A stretch of 53,937 bases of DNA from a virus (lineage: Duplodnaviria > Caudoviricetes), in the IMG/VR virus record IMGVR_UViG_3300030012_001811, positions 1-53,937 of that record; one strand, written 5' to 3'. A program made the translations under genes and the position numbers. Each line of letters begins with the position of its first letter. Within the stretch, counting starts at the first letter, position 1. The notes below the pieces were generated by a model that made no database searches, was not told the origin of the DNA, and worked only from the letters and a program-made list of their open reading frames with translations. Positions 46,144 through 53,937 of this stretch are shown one piece after another.

Positions 46144-47607
46144 TCATAATGCATAATAACGCAATCCTCTGGGTCTCATAATATACAAATTTTCTTTTGC
46201 TCTGGTGACAGCAACATACCAAACTCTGTTCTCTTCATCGGTGTGAGAGTTCTCCCAACTTAATCTCCCCATGTCAGTCGCCAATGCAACATTGTCTGCC
46301 TCACCACCTTTACTCTGATGGATCGTTGATATAACTATCCTAGGCTTGTCGCTGAATTTTTCTCCATTGCGCAAACAGGATCTCAGATACTCTCTTTCAT
46401 CTGGTGCTATGCCTCTCAACATTCTCATCCAATCGTAGTTCCTTGCCTCTTCTGGCAAACCGAAGTCACTTAAATTATAAACATCTTTGTTTTTTAATTT
46501 TATATTGGATCCAAAAAACTGAATCATATTTTTTGCTTCGAACAAAGTTATGCCTTTGCCCTTCCTGACTTTCTCCCATGAGGTGATGGCACGAGTTTCA
46601 TCTGACTCAAGAGAGTGCTGACCATTGTAGAGATATCCATAACCTTGTTGACGAGCAACTTTCTGAAAACGATTTAAAAGATATTTTGACCGACTCATAC
46701 ACAACCATGTTTTCTGGTCAGAAAAATCTATCTGCTGTTCATCAGCCAAATGCTCAACCATGCCGACCTCTGTTTTTGGACTCCATGGTTTCATATATCT
46801 TTTCTTAATCCTCTTGACAATGTCAGATGCGATGTTGTGAACAGATCTTGGTATCCTATAACTTTGTGGCAAGATATGCCTGTCACCTTTTAAGCTTAAA
46901 AATTTATTCACATCAGCTCCAGCCCAACCAAAGATAGCTTGGTCATCATCACCTGCAATGTAAACCTCTTGTGCCTCAGATGATAAACTGATGGCCATCT
47001 TGTATTGCAAAGAACTCAGATCCTGTGCCTCATCAAATATACAAATGTCCACTGGCAGAGGTGAATTGTATCTCTCCAACATGTCTGTGAAATCCAAAAG
47101 ACCATTTTCTTTTTTGTAAACTCTCAATGCAGAGTCGTATTGCTTAACTGCATGCAAAGTCAAATCATCAACATTGGAATAATTATATTGTTGCTCAACA
47201 GATCTTATGCCAACCCTAGCGAGTGACTCAATCCGTGAGCACTTGTCTCCAAGTCCATAGCCAGTATGGATCCCGAGATCCTCGTCATAGATTCCTTTGA
47301 ACTCAACTCCCAGAGCTTTGCCTAAACTCCTGTAATGCGTATTTGTCATCACCTCATCTCTCTGCAAGCCTAACTGTTTGAAAGCAAGAGAGTGCAAAGT
47401 TCTAAAATATGGAAACCTACTCTCATCAAAACCGAACTGCACCATTGCTCTTTCTTGTGCTTCATATGCAGCTTTCCTAGTGAAAGCAAGATATGCTATT
47501 TTTTCAGGAGCCACTCCCCTCTTCAGACTGCTCTCCACTATCTTCAGCAGAGTTGTTGTCTTTCCTGTTCCTGGTGGTCCCAGTATTATCTGGACAAACC
47601 TTTTCAT
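46144..47607 (-). CDS. UvrD/Rep-like SF1 helicase
   Basis: GPPGTGKT, DEAQD, GDDDQAIF, STIHQSKGGE, YVAVTRAK. Confidence 0.93.
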   Translation of the reverse strand: MKRFVQIILGPPGTGKTTTLLKIVESSLKRGVAPEKIAYLAFTRKAAYEAQERAMVQFGFDESRFPYFRTLHSLAFKQLGLQRDEVMTNTHYRSLGKALGVEFKGIYDEDLGIHTGYGLGDKCSRIESLARVGIRSVEQQYNYSNVDDLTLHAVKQYDSALRVYKKENGLLDFTDMLERYNSPLPVDICIFDEAQDLSSLQYKMAISLSSEAQEVYIAGDDDQAIFGWAGADVNKFLSLKGDRHILPQSYRIPRSVHNIASDIVKRIKKRYMKPWSPKTEVGMVEHLADEQQIDFSDQKTWLCMSRSKYLLNRFQKVARQQGYGYLYNGQHSLESDETRAITSWEKVRKGKGITLFEAKNMIQFFGSNIKLKNKDVYNLSDFGLPEEARNYDWMRMLRGIAPDEREYLRSCLRNGEKFSDKPRIVISTIHQSKGGEADNVALATDMGRLSWENSHTDEENRVWYVAVTRAKENLYIMRPRGLRYYAL

Positions 47608-47667
47608 CTTTTTCCTTTCTCAACTTCCACAAGATCCATTCATAATATCTTTCTGGTTCTTTATCCA

Positions 47668-49197
47668 TTAAAACTCATCTGTTACTGTTGATGGTATATC
47701 AAGTTCTTCATCATCATAAAACTCTGGTGCTGGCACAGACCAAACCTTCACAGGCTTTGATTTTATTCTGAATGCTTTTCTGTCACCACCTAAGTTCCTC
47801 AACCAAGACCATATCTGATGTTGACTTGGATACCTAAATCTTCTCGAGTCAAGATATATAAATAAATCCTCTGACCTAAAATAAACTTTGCCATCATCTG
47901 AATCATGCCATGGCTTGGCATTCATTATTTCATCTTTGTGTCTGGCTTGAACTTTACCAGTCAAAAATGAATCTAATACTTTTTCAAATTGACCTTGTGG
48001 TGATGCATCATCTGGATCCACGACAACTTCAACAGAACTCAACAACTCATTTATCCTTTGTTCCCACTTGGGTGCTGGCATAGTGCTAGGACATTTGTTA
48101 AGCTTTTCAACGCAAAGTTTTTGCAACTGCCTTTGATCTAGTAGTTGAGGTGTTGTGACCTCAATCCTTTCTCCTTGGATCTCGATGTACCATCTGACTG
48201 ACGATCTGTTTTCTGTTTCATATTTTGTTATGGCATCAATGTTTATTGTTGCACCACCTCCCACACCACCAATCCCAAAAGACCTTTTCATGCATTTTGA
48301 TTTTTCACAATAGTTGCATATGGGTGCTTGTTTGCAAGTGTAAGCATAATCTTTTTTGCTAACTCCCTTGATTAAAGTATTGACTTCACTGGATGGCAAA
48401 GGTGTTGCGACATGCTCATAATTAAACTTCATAAGATCCTCTTGCCAGTCGTCTGGATTCTTCTTGCGATAGTAAACACCGACATTAAACAAAGAAATGT
48501 TTCTTCCTCCCTCTGGGAAACCCATTGTCATGATATGTTGCAAGCATGGTGGACCATCATCAAAATGACTAACAAGCTCTGGTTTGTAACTATCAAGCTC
48601 CTCAAACGTGGTTGTTTTCTTTTCAGCAACTTTTATAAAATTTTTAAGATCTAATTTTTTGCCATTGTGGATTGCATATCGTTCTGTATCGTCACCATTC
48701 CAGTAACAAAGATTTATCCAGTTGCCTCTGTCTCTCTCATTGGCTCTACTTATTTGTTTCGGGAATATCTCTGCACCACCATAACCTAGTGTGGCTGCAA
48801 ACTCATTAAGCTTTGCCACCATATCAATGGCAGGTATAGCAGGATCACAAAATAGATACAAGTGAGCACCACCAGACTTAGACCTGCAAAGTACCAATGG
48901 TGTCTTATTGATTTTCTTCTCGAGTTGTTCAAGCGATTCATTCAACTTTACCTCCCCTCTTATGTCAACGTCAATAACTCCAAAATTGCAAGAGTTGTTT
49001 TCACGCAACATTATTATCCCTAATATATATTCACCACCATCAAGGTGTTCTTTAAAATGCTCCTCAGTTGCTGGCTCTGCTACTGTGACTGCTCTCCCAG
49101 ACATCTTGCCATCTGCTTCTTTTTTCTGAACTCTGTATTGACCATGAGCCAACTCATAGCCTTTGAAAAGTTTCATAAACTTTTTTATTGGATCCAT
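47668..49197 (-). CDS. Primase (AEP/prim-pol type with PriCT-like domain)
   Basis: IDVD, SKSGGAHLY, EIFPKQ, GPPC...GGRNISLF. Confidence 0.82.
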   Translation of the reverse strand: MDPIKKFMKLFKGYELAHGQYRVQKKEADGKMSGRAVTVAEPATEEHFKEHLDGGEYILGIIMLRENNSCNFGVIDVDIRGEVKLNESLEQLEKKINKTPLVLCRSKSGGAHLYLFCDPAIPAIDMVAKLNEFAATLGYGGAEIFPKQISRANERDRGNWINLCYWNGDDTERYAIHNGKKLDLKNFIKVAEKKTTTFEELDSYKPELVSHFDDGPPCLQHIMTMGFPEGGRNISLFNVGVYYRKKNPDDWQEDLMKFNYEHVATPLPSSEVNTLIKGVSKKDYAYTCKQAPICNYCEKSKCMKRSFGIGGVGGGATINIDAITKYETENRSSVRWYIEIQGERIEVTTPQLLDQRQLQKLCVEKLNKCPSTMPAPKWEQRINELLSSVEVVVDPDDASPQGQFEKVLDSFLTGKVQARHKDEIMNAKPWHDSDDGKVYFRSEDLFIYLDSRRFRYPSQHQIWSWLRNLGGDRKAFRIKSKPVKVWSVPAPEFYDDEELDIPSTVTDEF

Positions 49198-49216
49198 TAT
49201 TATTCCTTTCTGAGTC

Positions 49217-49251
49217 GTCAGGGAGGAGTTGAAGGATCTCCTCCCCTAGAC
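49217..49251 (-). other. Intergenic stem-loop upstream of primase
   Basis: Minus strand GGGAGGAG-ATCCTTCAA-CTCCTCCC, no U-tract. Confidence 0.55.
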
Positions 49252-49281
49252 AATGCAATGTTAACAAGCAGTATTGGCAGA

Positions 49282-50067
49282 CTACATTACATCATCATCT
49301 TGTGACTCAGGAGAAACCTTAACATCTCCTTGTGCAACTTGTGCTTTAAAATTTCTAGCAGCAAGATAAATTTCTTCACCTTGTGGGTGGTTTTGAATTA
49401 TGCCACCAGACTTTGCGTCATGGTTCATTTTAAATGACCAACCAAACCATGAACCTTGATCATTCTTTTCTGGCACAGTTGTTAGCTGATATGATGTGAA
49501 AAACATTGCTGGGTTAATAACTTGCCCATCTGCTTCAATCATAAGCCTGTTCATCATAGTGTTCCATGTGCGAGCTTTTTTAAATTGTGACTTGCTCATA
49601 GACAGAACTGCTGGAGTGTATCCATCATCATCAATTAAGAAAACAAAGTATTCACCAGTGATAACAATCTCATTGCCCTCATCAGTAAAATATTCACCCT
49701 TGTCTCCTCTGGAACATTTCTCCAAAACCTTTTCATCAGATCCATGATCTGCTACCAAGCCACCACGATCCTTTTTCCATTCAATGTGCGCACGTCTGTA
49801 GCTGATTGGCACGACCTCAATGCCTTTCTCTCCATTGATTGCTTTGTTCGCAACATTGTCCAAGATCATTCCTGGCTCTGCTCCTGCGACATATGCACCA
49901 TTGGCTTTGTTAACTTGGTCAGACATTTGTTGAAGAATAGATAATCTGGGAATCATCATATCTTCTTGCGACATCTTCTCCTGTCCAGCACCTGCGTCCT
50001 GCAGCAACATTGCTGAATTAATATTTGAAACATTTGTTTCTTTTTTCTTAGTTACATTGTTTGCCAT
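49282..50067 (-). CDS. Putative ssDNA-binding/annealing protein
   Basis: IPRLSILQQMS, EKNDQGSWFGW, acidic C-terminal tail; in replication module. Confidence 0.62.
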   Translation of the reverse strand: MANNVTKKKETNVSNINSAMLLQDAGAGQEKMSQEDMMIPRLSILQQMSDQVNKANGAYVAGAEPGMILDNVANKAINGEKGIEVVPISYRRAHIEWKKDRGGLVADHGSDEKVLEKCSRGDKGEYFTDEGNEIVITGEYFVFLIDDDGYTPAVLSMSKSQFKKARTWNTMMNRLMIEADGQVINPAMFFTSYQLTTVPEKNDQGSWFGWSFKMNHDAKSGGIIQNHPQGEEIYLAARNFKAQVAQGDVKVSPESQDDDVM

Positions 50068-50068
50068 T

Positions 50069-50662
50069 TTATTTTCTCCTTATGCTGGCTTTGCGTCCTG
50101 TGTAAACACGGAACATTTCAAGTGGAACATCTTTGCCTTCACCCAGTCTCTCTTGTAAGTATTTATTAAGAGTCGCAGGGTGGACACCGACTGCACGTTT
50201 GAAGTAAAGCTTCTCATCACGTAGTCTTTGAGTGAACTCATTGCACACGTCATCTTCATCTTTACCAAATTGAACCTCAACATTGCTTTTGATCATTGAT
50301 GCACCTCCATTTTTGCGCAACCAATCAAAGCATTGCTGTTGGAGCATTTGAAGACTAACTCTGCTTTGTTCATCCTTGGCACGATCTATTGCACCTTGAG
50401 ATGGCACAGATCCCGAGATGATTTCTTTCACCTCAACTTTGGATCCATTTTTTAAAGTAAAGTCTTTCAAATTCAGTTCTTGCATTAAGTCAGGCAAGTT
50501 CTGTTCTGCCAACATTCTGAGATCCTGCTTTTTTGACTTCAACAACTCTTCAAGATCTGAGATCTCATTTTCAAGATCAAACATCCTTTGAGCCATATCA
50601 GTAACTGCACCAAGTTCATTGGATGCTGGTGCCACATCCTCAAGCAGATCAATATCACTCAT
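50069..50662 (-). CDS. Conserved replication-module protein
   Basis: Coiled coil plus FDWLRKNG...IK and VHPATL motif. Confidence 0.7.
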   Translation of the reverse strand: MSDIDLLEDVAPASNELGAVTDMAQRMFDLENEISDLEELLKSKKQDLRMLAEQNLPDLMQELNLKDFTLKNGSKVEVKEIISGSVPSQGAIDRAKDEQSRVSLQMLQQQCFDWLRKNGGASMIKSNVEVQFGKDEDDVCNEFTQRLRDEKLYFKRAVGVHPATLNKYLQERLGEGKDVPLEMFRVYTGRKASIRRK

Positions 50663-51033
50663 GCTGATATGTTTTCCTTTCTTAGTTCGAGAGCTACAGG
50701 CATATAATAACCTTTACGACGATCCCTTTCACCCTCATCAATGTTTCGCTCCCAACGGAGCACTCTAACAGTGGATGCCTTCTCACTAGCAATCATGCAA
50801 GCAATCATGACAGCGATTGGGTCTCCACCTCCTGGCCAGAGAAGATAATCCTCTGACGAGAAGTCCTTCATGATCCGACGTGCTTTTTGCACACTTGGTC
50901 CTGGAAGAAACTGTGGCTTATCATTTGCCTCAAATATTATTTCCAGAGATCCATATCGTGATGCATCAGTTAAGTCTGGCACCCATCCAAACTTATTCTT
51001 CACTGGTCGGTTCACAACATAAACTTTTGACAT
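50659..51033 (-). CDS. Hypothetical protein
   Basis: GAGAAAGGGAA RBS; DYLLWPGGGDP. Confidence 0.75.
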   Translation of the reverse strand: MSKVYVVNRPVKNKFGWVPDLTDASRYGSLEIIFEANDKPQFLPGPSVQKARRIMKDFSSEDYLLWPGGGDPIAVMIACMIASEKASTVRVLRWERNIDEGERDRRKGYYMPVALELRKENISA

Positions 51034-51252
51034 TTAATTCCCTTTCTCAAAATTATAATGTAGCGTGTTCTCATTAAGCTCACTGGGTTTATTTATTTTT
51101 GTTTTCACTGCTTTGACCTCTTTGTCATAAACCTCTTTTGTTCTGAACTTGTAGCCACACGACTCACATGATCTTATTCTGAATGACTGCCCATACTTGC
51201 GATGAGTTCCTTGAACTCTTGTATACATATAATTACATTTGACGCAATGCAT
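51034..51252 (-). CDS. Zn-ribbon protein (NrdR N-terminal-like)
   Basis: MHCVKC...TRV...RIRSCESCGYKFRTKE. Confidence 0.72.
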   Translation of the reverse strand: MHCVKCNYMYTRVQGTHRKYGQSFRIRSCESCGYKFRTKEVYDKEVKAVKTKINKPSELNENTLHYNFEKGN

Positions 51253-51270
51253 AGGTTGACTCCTTTCTAA

Positions 51271-51358
51271 TGGTGTGGCACAGGCTTCTCAAGGTTACGT
51301 CACTAATCACCTGCACTGCGACAGAGAACAGTCCTGAACTATGTTCACTTAGTGCCAC
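51271..51358 (-). ncRNA. tRNA-like element (7-bp acceptor-like stem plus ACCA; non-canonical arms)
   Basis: GUGGCAC...GUGCCAC-A-CCA; starts 7 nt after a -10 box. Confidence 0.5.
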
Positions 51359-51364
51359 AAAAAT

Positions 51365-51393
51365 ACTATGCCTTATAAAAATAAAAAAGACAT
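51365..51393 (-). promoter_or_regulatory. Leftward early promoter ATGTCT-17-CATAGT
   Basis: Same geometry as the other early promoters; heads the leftward replication operon. Confidence 0.55.
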
Positions 51394-51609
51394 CATCTTT
51401 TTTTCAAAGAAGTGTGTTGTGTGGCAACTTTTTTTAATAAAGAAATATTTTGACAAAAAAATAAATGTTTTTAATATTCTCAGAAGTTTGGGAACGATGG
51501 GAACGATATGTCCTAAGTATTTGATAATAAAATAAAAAAGAGTCGTAACCAGTCTCAAAATCAAAGGGAACGTAACCCAGACACTGGGATCTTTATTAAA
51601 AAAAGTTGT
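51394..51609. other. AT-rich divergent intergenic region with short repeats; candidate replication origin
   Basis: GGGAACG x3 (51490, 51499, 51566), CGTAACC x2, IHF-like TAAGTATTTGATA at 51514-51526; strand switch. Confidence 0.45.
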
Positions 51610-51713
51610 TAAGTGTTTGATTTATAAGGATTCTTTTTTGTTGCTTTTTGGAACAAAGCAGAGTATACTATATATGTAGGTTGAATTATTGACCTGCACT
51701 TACTGAGAAAGGA
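51610..51713 (+). promoter_or_regulatory. Rightward early promoter cassette (IHF site, TTGCTT-17-TATACT, RBS)
   Basis: TAAGTGTTTGATT 51610-22; -35 at 51641-46; -10 at 51664-69; ACTGAGAAAGGAA. Confidence 0.8.
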
Positions 51714-51720
51714 AATGACT

Positions 51721-51996
51721 ATGAAAATACGTTGGAAAAAAATTAAGACCCCTCTGCCAAAGGGAAGACCACTCGGCAAGAAGTGGAAGAGAGCAACTCT
51801 CTTCAGCATGAGATACTGCCCAGACGCATTGGGTGGCGACAATAGAAACATCTGGGCAATCATTGGCCACAAGAATGTTTACTGCTCAACCTGTCAGCAG
51901 TGCAAGGCAGGAGGCAATCGCAAAGCAACTATCTCCAGACAGGTCTGGGACAAGCTTGTTGCAACAACTAATAATAAAGTGGAGGTCTTATCATGA
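51721..51996 (+). CDS. Basic early protein with CxxCxxC
   Basis: Strong RBS; CSTCQQC. Confidence 0.7.
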   Translation: MKIRWKKIKTPLPKGRPLGKKWKRATLFSMRYCPDALGGDNRNIWAIIGHKNVYCSTCQQCKAGGNRKATISRQVWDKLVATTNNKVEVLS

Positions 51997-52490
51997 CTAA
52001 GCATACACCCCAACGCAGAGCCATCACCGACTGGATGGGCAACCAGAGAAAAACATGGTGTGGTCCATATGCGATCGCAACAGTTTGCGGAACTGATTAT
52101 GAGCCAGCCTATCAAATGGCCAAAGCTGTGCGTCGCAAAAGACATGCCAAGGGCATAACCCGATTGGACCTTGAGGACTCATGCTATGCATTGAATGTCA
52201 GAGGCAAGTGGCGTGAGCTTGAGAAGAGAACTAAGCTATCTAAGTTCTTGAAGTCTGGTACACTGGAGCCAAACAAAGTTTATGTTGTCAATGTGACAAA
52301 GCACTTCTTGATTGTTGACACGAGAGACTTCACAACTATTGATAATCAGAACCCAGAGTGGGTTGCTGTGGAGTCAACACCTCATAGCACAAAGCTTGTC
52401 AGTCATTACTTTGAAGTTTTCAATCCTAAGTTCGATGCCAAGAACGAAGACACTTGGTTGATTGAACCACTAGCTGCAGGAGTCAAGTAA
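51993..52490 (+). CDS. Putative papain-like (C39-type) Cys-His-Asp fold protein
   Basis: WCGPYAIA, KHFLIVD, IDNQ; GGAGG RBS. Confidence 0.5.
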   Translation: MTKHTPQRRAITDWMGNQRKTWCGPYAIATVCGTDYEPAYQMAKAVRRKRHAKGITRLDLEDSCYALNVRGKWRELEKRTKLSKFLKSGTLEPNKVYVVNVTKHFLIVDTRDFTTIDNQNPEWVAVESTPHSTKLVSHYFEVFNPKFDAKNEDTWLIEPLAAGVK

Positions 52491-52672
52491 TGAAGAGAGC
52501 CATAGAAATATTATTGGGAGGGACATTGTCCCTCTCTGTAGCTTTCATCCTCGTTTTCATTTTTGTTAATATGATCTTGGGATGTGAGAGTTGGGACAAG
52601 GATCTCTGGACAGAGAATAACTCTTGTGTTACTGTTGGCATGTTGCTTGACTTTCAATCAGCTCAAGATTAA
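52490..52672 (+). CDS. Small membrane protein
   Basis: N-terminal TM followed by GCESW...NSC. Confidence 0.65.
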   Translation: MKRAIEILLGGTLSLSVAFILVFIFVNMILGCESWDKDLWTENNSCVTVGMLLDFQSAQD

Positions 52673-52703
52673 CATTTATGCAATCATACTTTCCTCCAAA
52701 CCT

Positions 52704-52734
52704 AGCCCAGTTTATTCTGGGCTTTCTTTTTTTT
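52704..52734 (+). terminator. Rho-independent terminator
   Basis: AGCCCAG-TTTATT-CTGGGCT followed by TTCTTTTTTTT. Confidence 0.85.
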
Positions 52735-52806
52735 AAAAATTAATTATAATCGGTTACAGTTAGTTCAAACTGCTTGCCACAGAAACAAAGGTTTAAGGAA
52801 TTAAAT

Positions 52807-53370
52807 ATGCCAGAAGAGATAAAGAAAAGAGGACGACCGAAAAAGAACACTGGTGAAAAAACAATTGTAAAGAGACCAGTGAAAGATGGACCACCTGTTC
52901 AGCCAGAAAAATGGGATGGTCGTTTTAAGTCTGTTGAACCTATGAAGAATCAAAAGAGAGCTAGACAGACTGCTTACAAATGGAATCATCACGCCACAAT
53001 TAATTGGATCATGGGTCAAGCAGATCCTGTTGGATTCCTTGCTGCAGTTATGCAAGGCAAAGAGATGTTTCCTGTTTACTCAAAAGACTCTGAAGGTCTT
53101 GCAACCAAAGCAGGAAATATTGCTGCAGATCCAGAGTTAAGAGTTATGGCTGCAAAAACTCTGTTGGGCAAATGTGTCCCAGATTTGAAAGCAGTAGAAG
53201 TGAAAGCACAAATAGAAGAGAGAAAGGTTCTGGATATTTCCAGATTAAGTGATAATGACCTCAACACAATTGAACGAGTTCTTGAACACGCTGTCATTGA
53301 CGGAGATCCGAGCAGAGAAGATGAAGAGATCCCTCAAGGAGTTCACCAAGAGCTCTTGGCAAACGATTGA
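52807..53370 (+). CDS. Putative terminase small subunit
   Basis: Directly upstream of and overlapping terL; LRVMAAKTLLGKCVPDLKAVE and DISRLSDNDL motifs; AAGGA RBS. Confidence 0.68.
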   Translation: MPEEIKKRGRPKKNTGEKTIVKRPVKDGPPVQPEKWDGRFKSVEPMKNQKRARQTAYKWNHHATINWIMGQADPVGFLAAVMQGKEMFPVYSKDSEGLATKAGNIAADPELRVMAAKTLLGKCVPDLKAVEVKAQIEERKVLDISRLSDNDLNTIERVLEHAVIDGDPSREDEEIPQGVHQELLAND

Positions 53371-53937
53371 ACCAGGACGAGAGTTCTACGACAACTGGCA
53401 CATAGACGCAATCAGTGAGCACTTGCAAGCTGTTGTTGAAGGTGACATAAAAAGATTAATAATAAATATTCCTCCAAGGCATATGAAATCTATCTCTGTT
53501 GCTGTTGCTCTGCCTGCATGGACTTGGACTATCCAGCCACAAAAAAGATTTCTGTTTGCCTCTTATGCTCTGTCATTATCTGTCAGAGACTCTGTTAAAT
53601 GCAGGAGACTGATAGACAGCCAATGGTATAAACAACACTTTGGCCAGAGCTTTGAGTTAACAACAGACCAAAATCAAAAGCAAAGATTTGAGAACAGCAG
53701 GACAGGATACAGGATTGCTACCTCTGTTGATGGTGCATTGACTGGTGAAGGTGGCGACATAATTGTTATTGACGATCCTCACAATGTTCGGGAGGCAGAA
53801 AGCTCAACAGTTCGTCAAGGTGTTTTGGATTGGTGGGATCAAGCAATGCAGTCAAGACTTAATGATCCAAAGACTGGTGCTTTTGTAATTATAATGCAGA
53901 GAGTTCATGAAAATGATCTGACAGGACACATACTTGC
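53255..53937 (+). CDS. terL: Terminase large subunit, N-terminal ATPase part (runs across the junction)
   Basis: Own translation ...RLIINIPPRHMKS...TGEGGDIIVIDDPHN...; in frame with position 1; absent from the ORF track because it has no stop within the window. Confidence 0.93.
   Translation, partial: MTSTQLNEFLNTLSLTEIRAEKMKRSLKEFTKSSWQTIEPGREFYDNWHIDAISEHLQAVVEGDIKRLIINIPPRHMKSISVAVALPAWTWTIQPQKRFLFASYALSLSVRDSVKCRRLIDSQWYKQHFGQSFELTTDQNQKQRFENSRTGYRIATSVDGALTGEGGDIIVIDDPHNVREAESSTVRQGVLDWWDQAMQSRLNDPKTGAFVIIMQRVHENDLTGHIL
53819..53937. repeat. Terminal direct repeat, right copy
   Basis: Matches 1-119 with two synonymous differences. Confidence 0.97.

Noticed and set aside
49200-49260. 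Second hammerhead (minus strand CUGACGA...GAAA after a strong hairpin)
   Set aside because: Only 4 unpaired nt lie between CUGACGA and GAAA (no stem II), no NUH abuts stem I, and the GAAA belongs to the RBS; kept only as a stem-loop.
51271-51358. Canonical tRNA gene
   Set aside because: Lacks a TTCRA T-loop, a GG-containing D-loop and a 7-nt anticodon loop; reported only as tRNA-like.
1-53937. Prophage, integrase, introns/inteins or alternative genetic code
   Set aside because: No integrase, att-flanked host genes or interrupted core genes were seen, and the ORFs tile densely in the standard code.

Overview
The window is an apparently complete, circularly permuted dsDNA tailed-phage genome of about 53,818 bp. 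Positions 53819-53937 repeat positions 1-119, and the break falls inside terL. There is no integrase, so it is probably lytic. The gene content suggests a podovirus-like phage of a marine proteobacterial host (inference). The + strand (52807 through the junction to 32654) carries packaging, head, tail, lysis and ejection genes: terS/terL, portal, a cassette of lysine-rich micro-proteins and three paralogues with twin-arginine (Tat)-like signals, GroES, major capsid, fibres, holin, GH108 endolysin, GNAT and internal virion proteins. The - strand (51358 to 32575) carries early and replication genes: primase, UvrD-like and SNF2 helicases, an SSB-like protein, DnaE with a separate DEDDh exonuclease, and a SleB hydrolase. 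It also carries a compact enzyme operon (divergent ThyX, flavin oxidoreductase, SDR, VOC-like, DUF6378-like, HAD phosphatase, two 2OG-Fe(II) oxygenases) that looks like an uncharacterised DNA base-modification pathway. Non-coding highlights read directly from the sequence: a type I hammerhead ribozyme with a pseudoknot (36459-36517, -), an 88-nt tRNA-like leader ending in ACCA (51271-51358, -), a repeated IHF-site/sigma70-promoter/RBS cassette, and strong word bias (GATC excess, context-restricted CCWGG). All product calls come from motif recognition by eye; no database searches were run.
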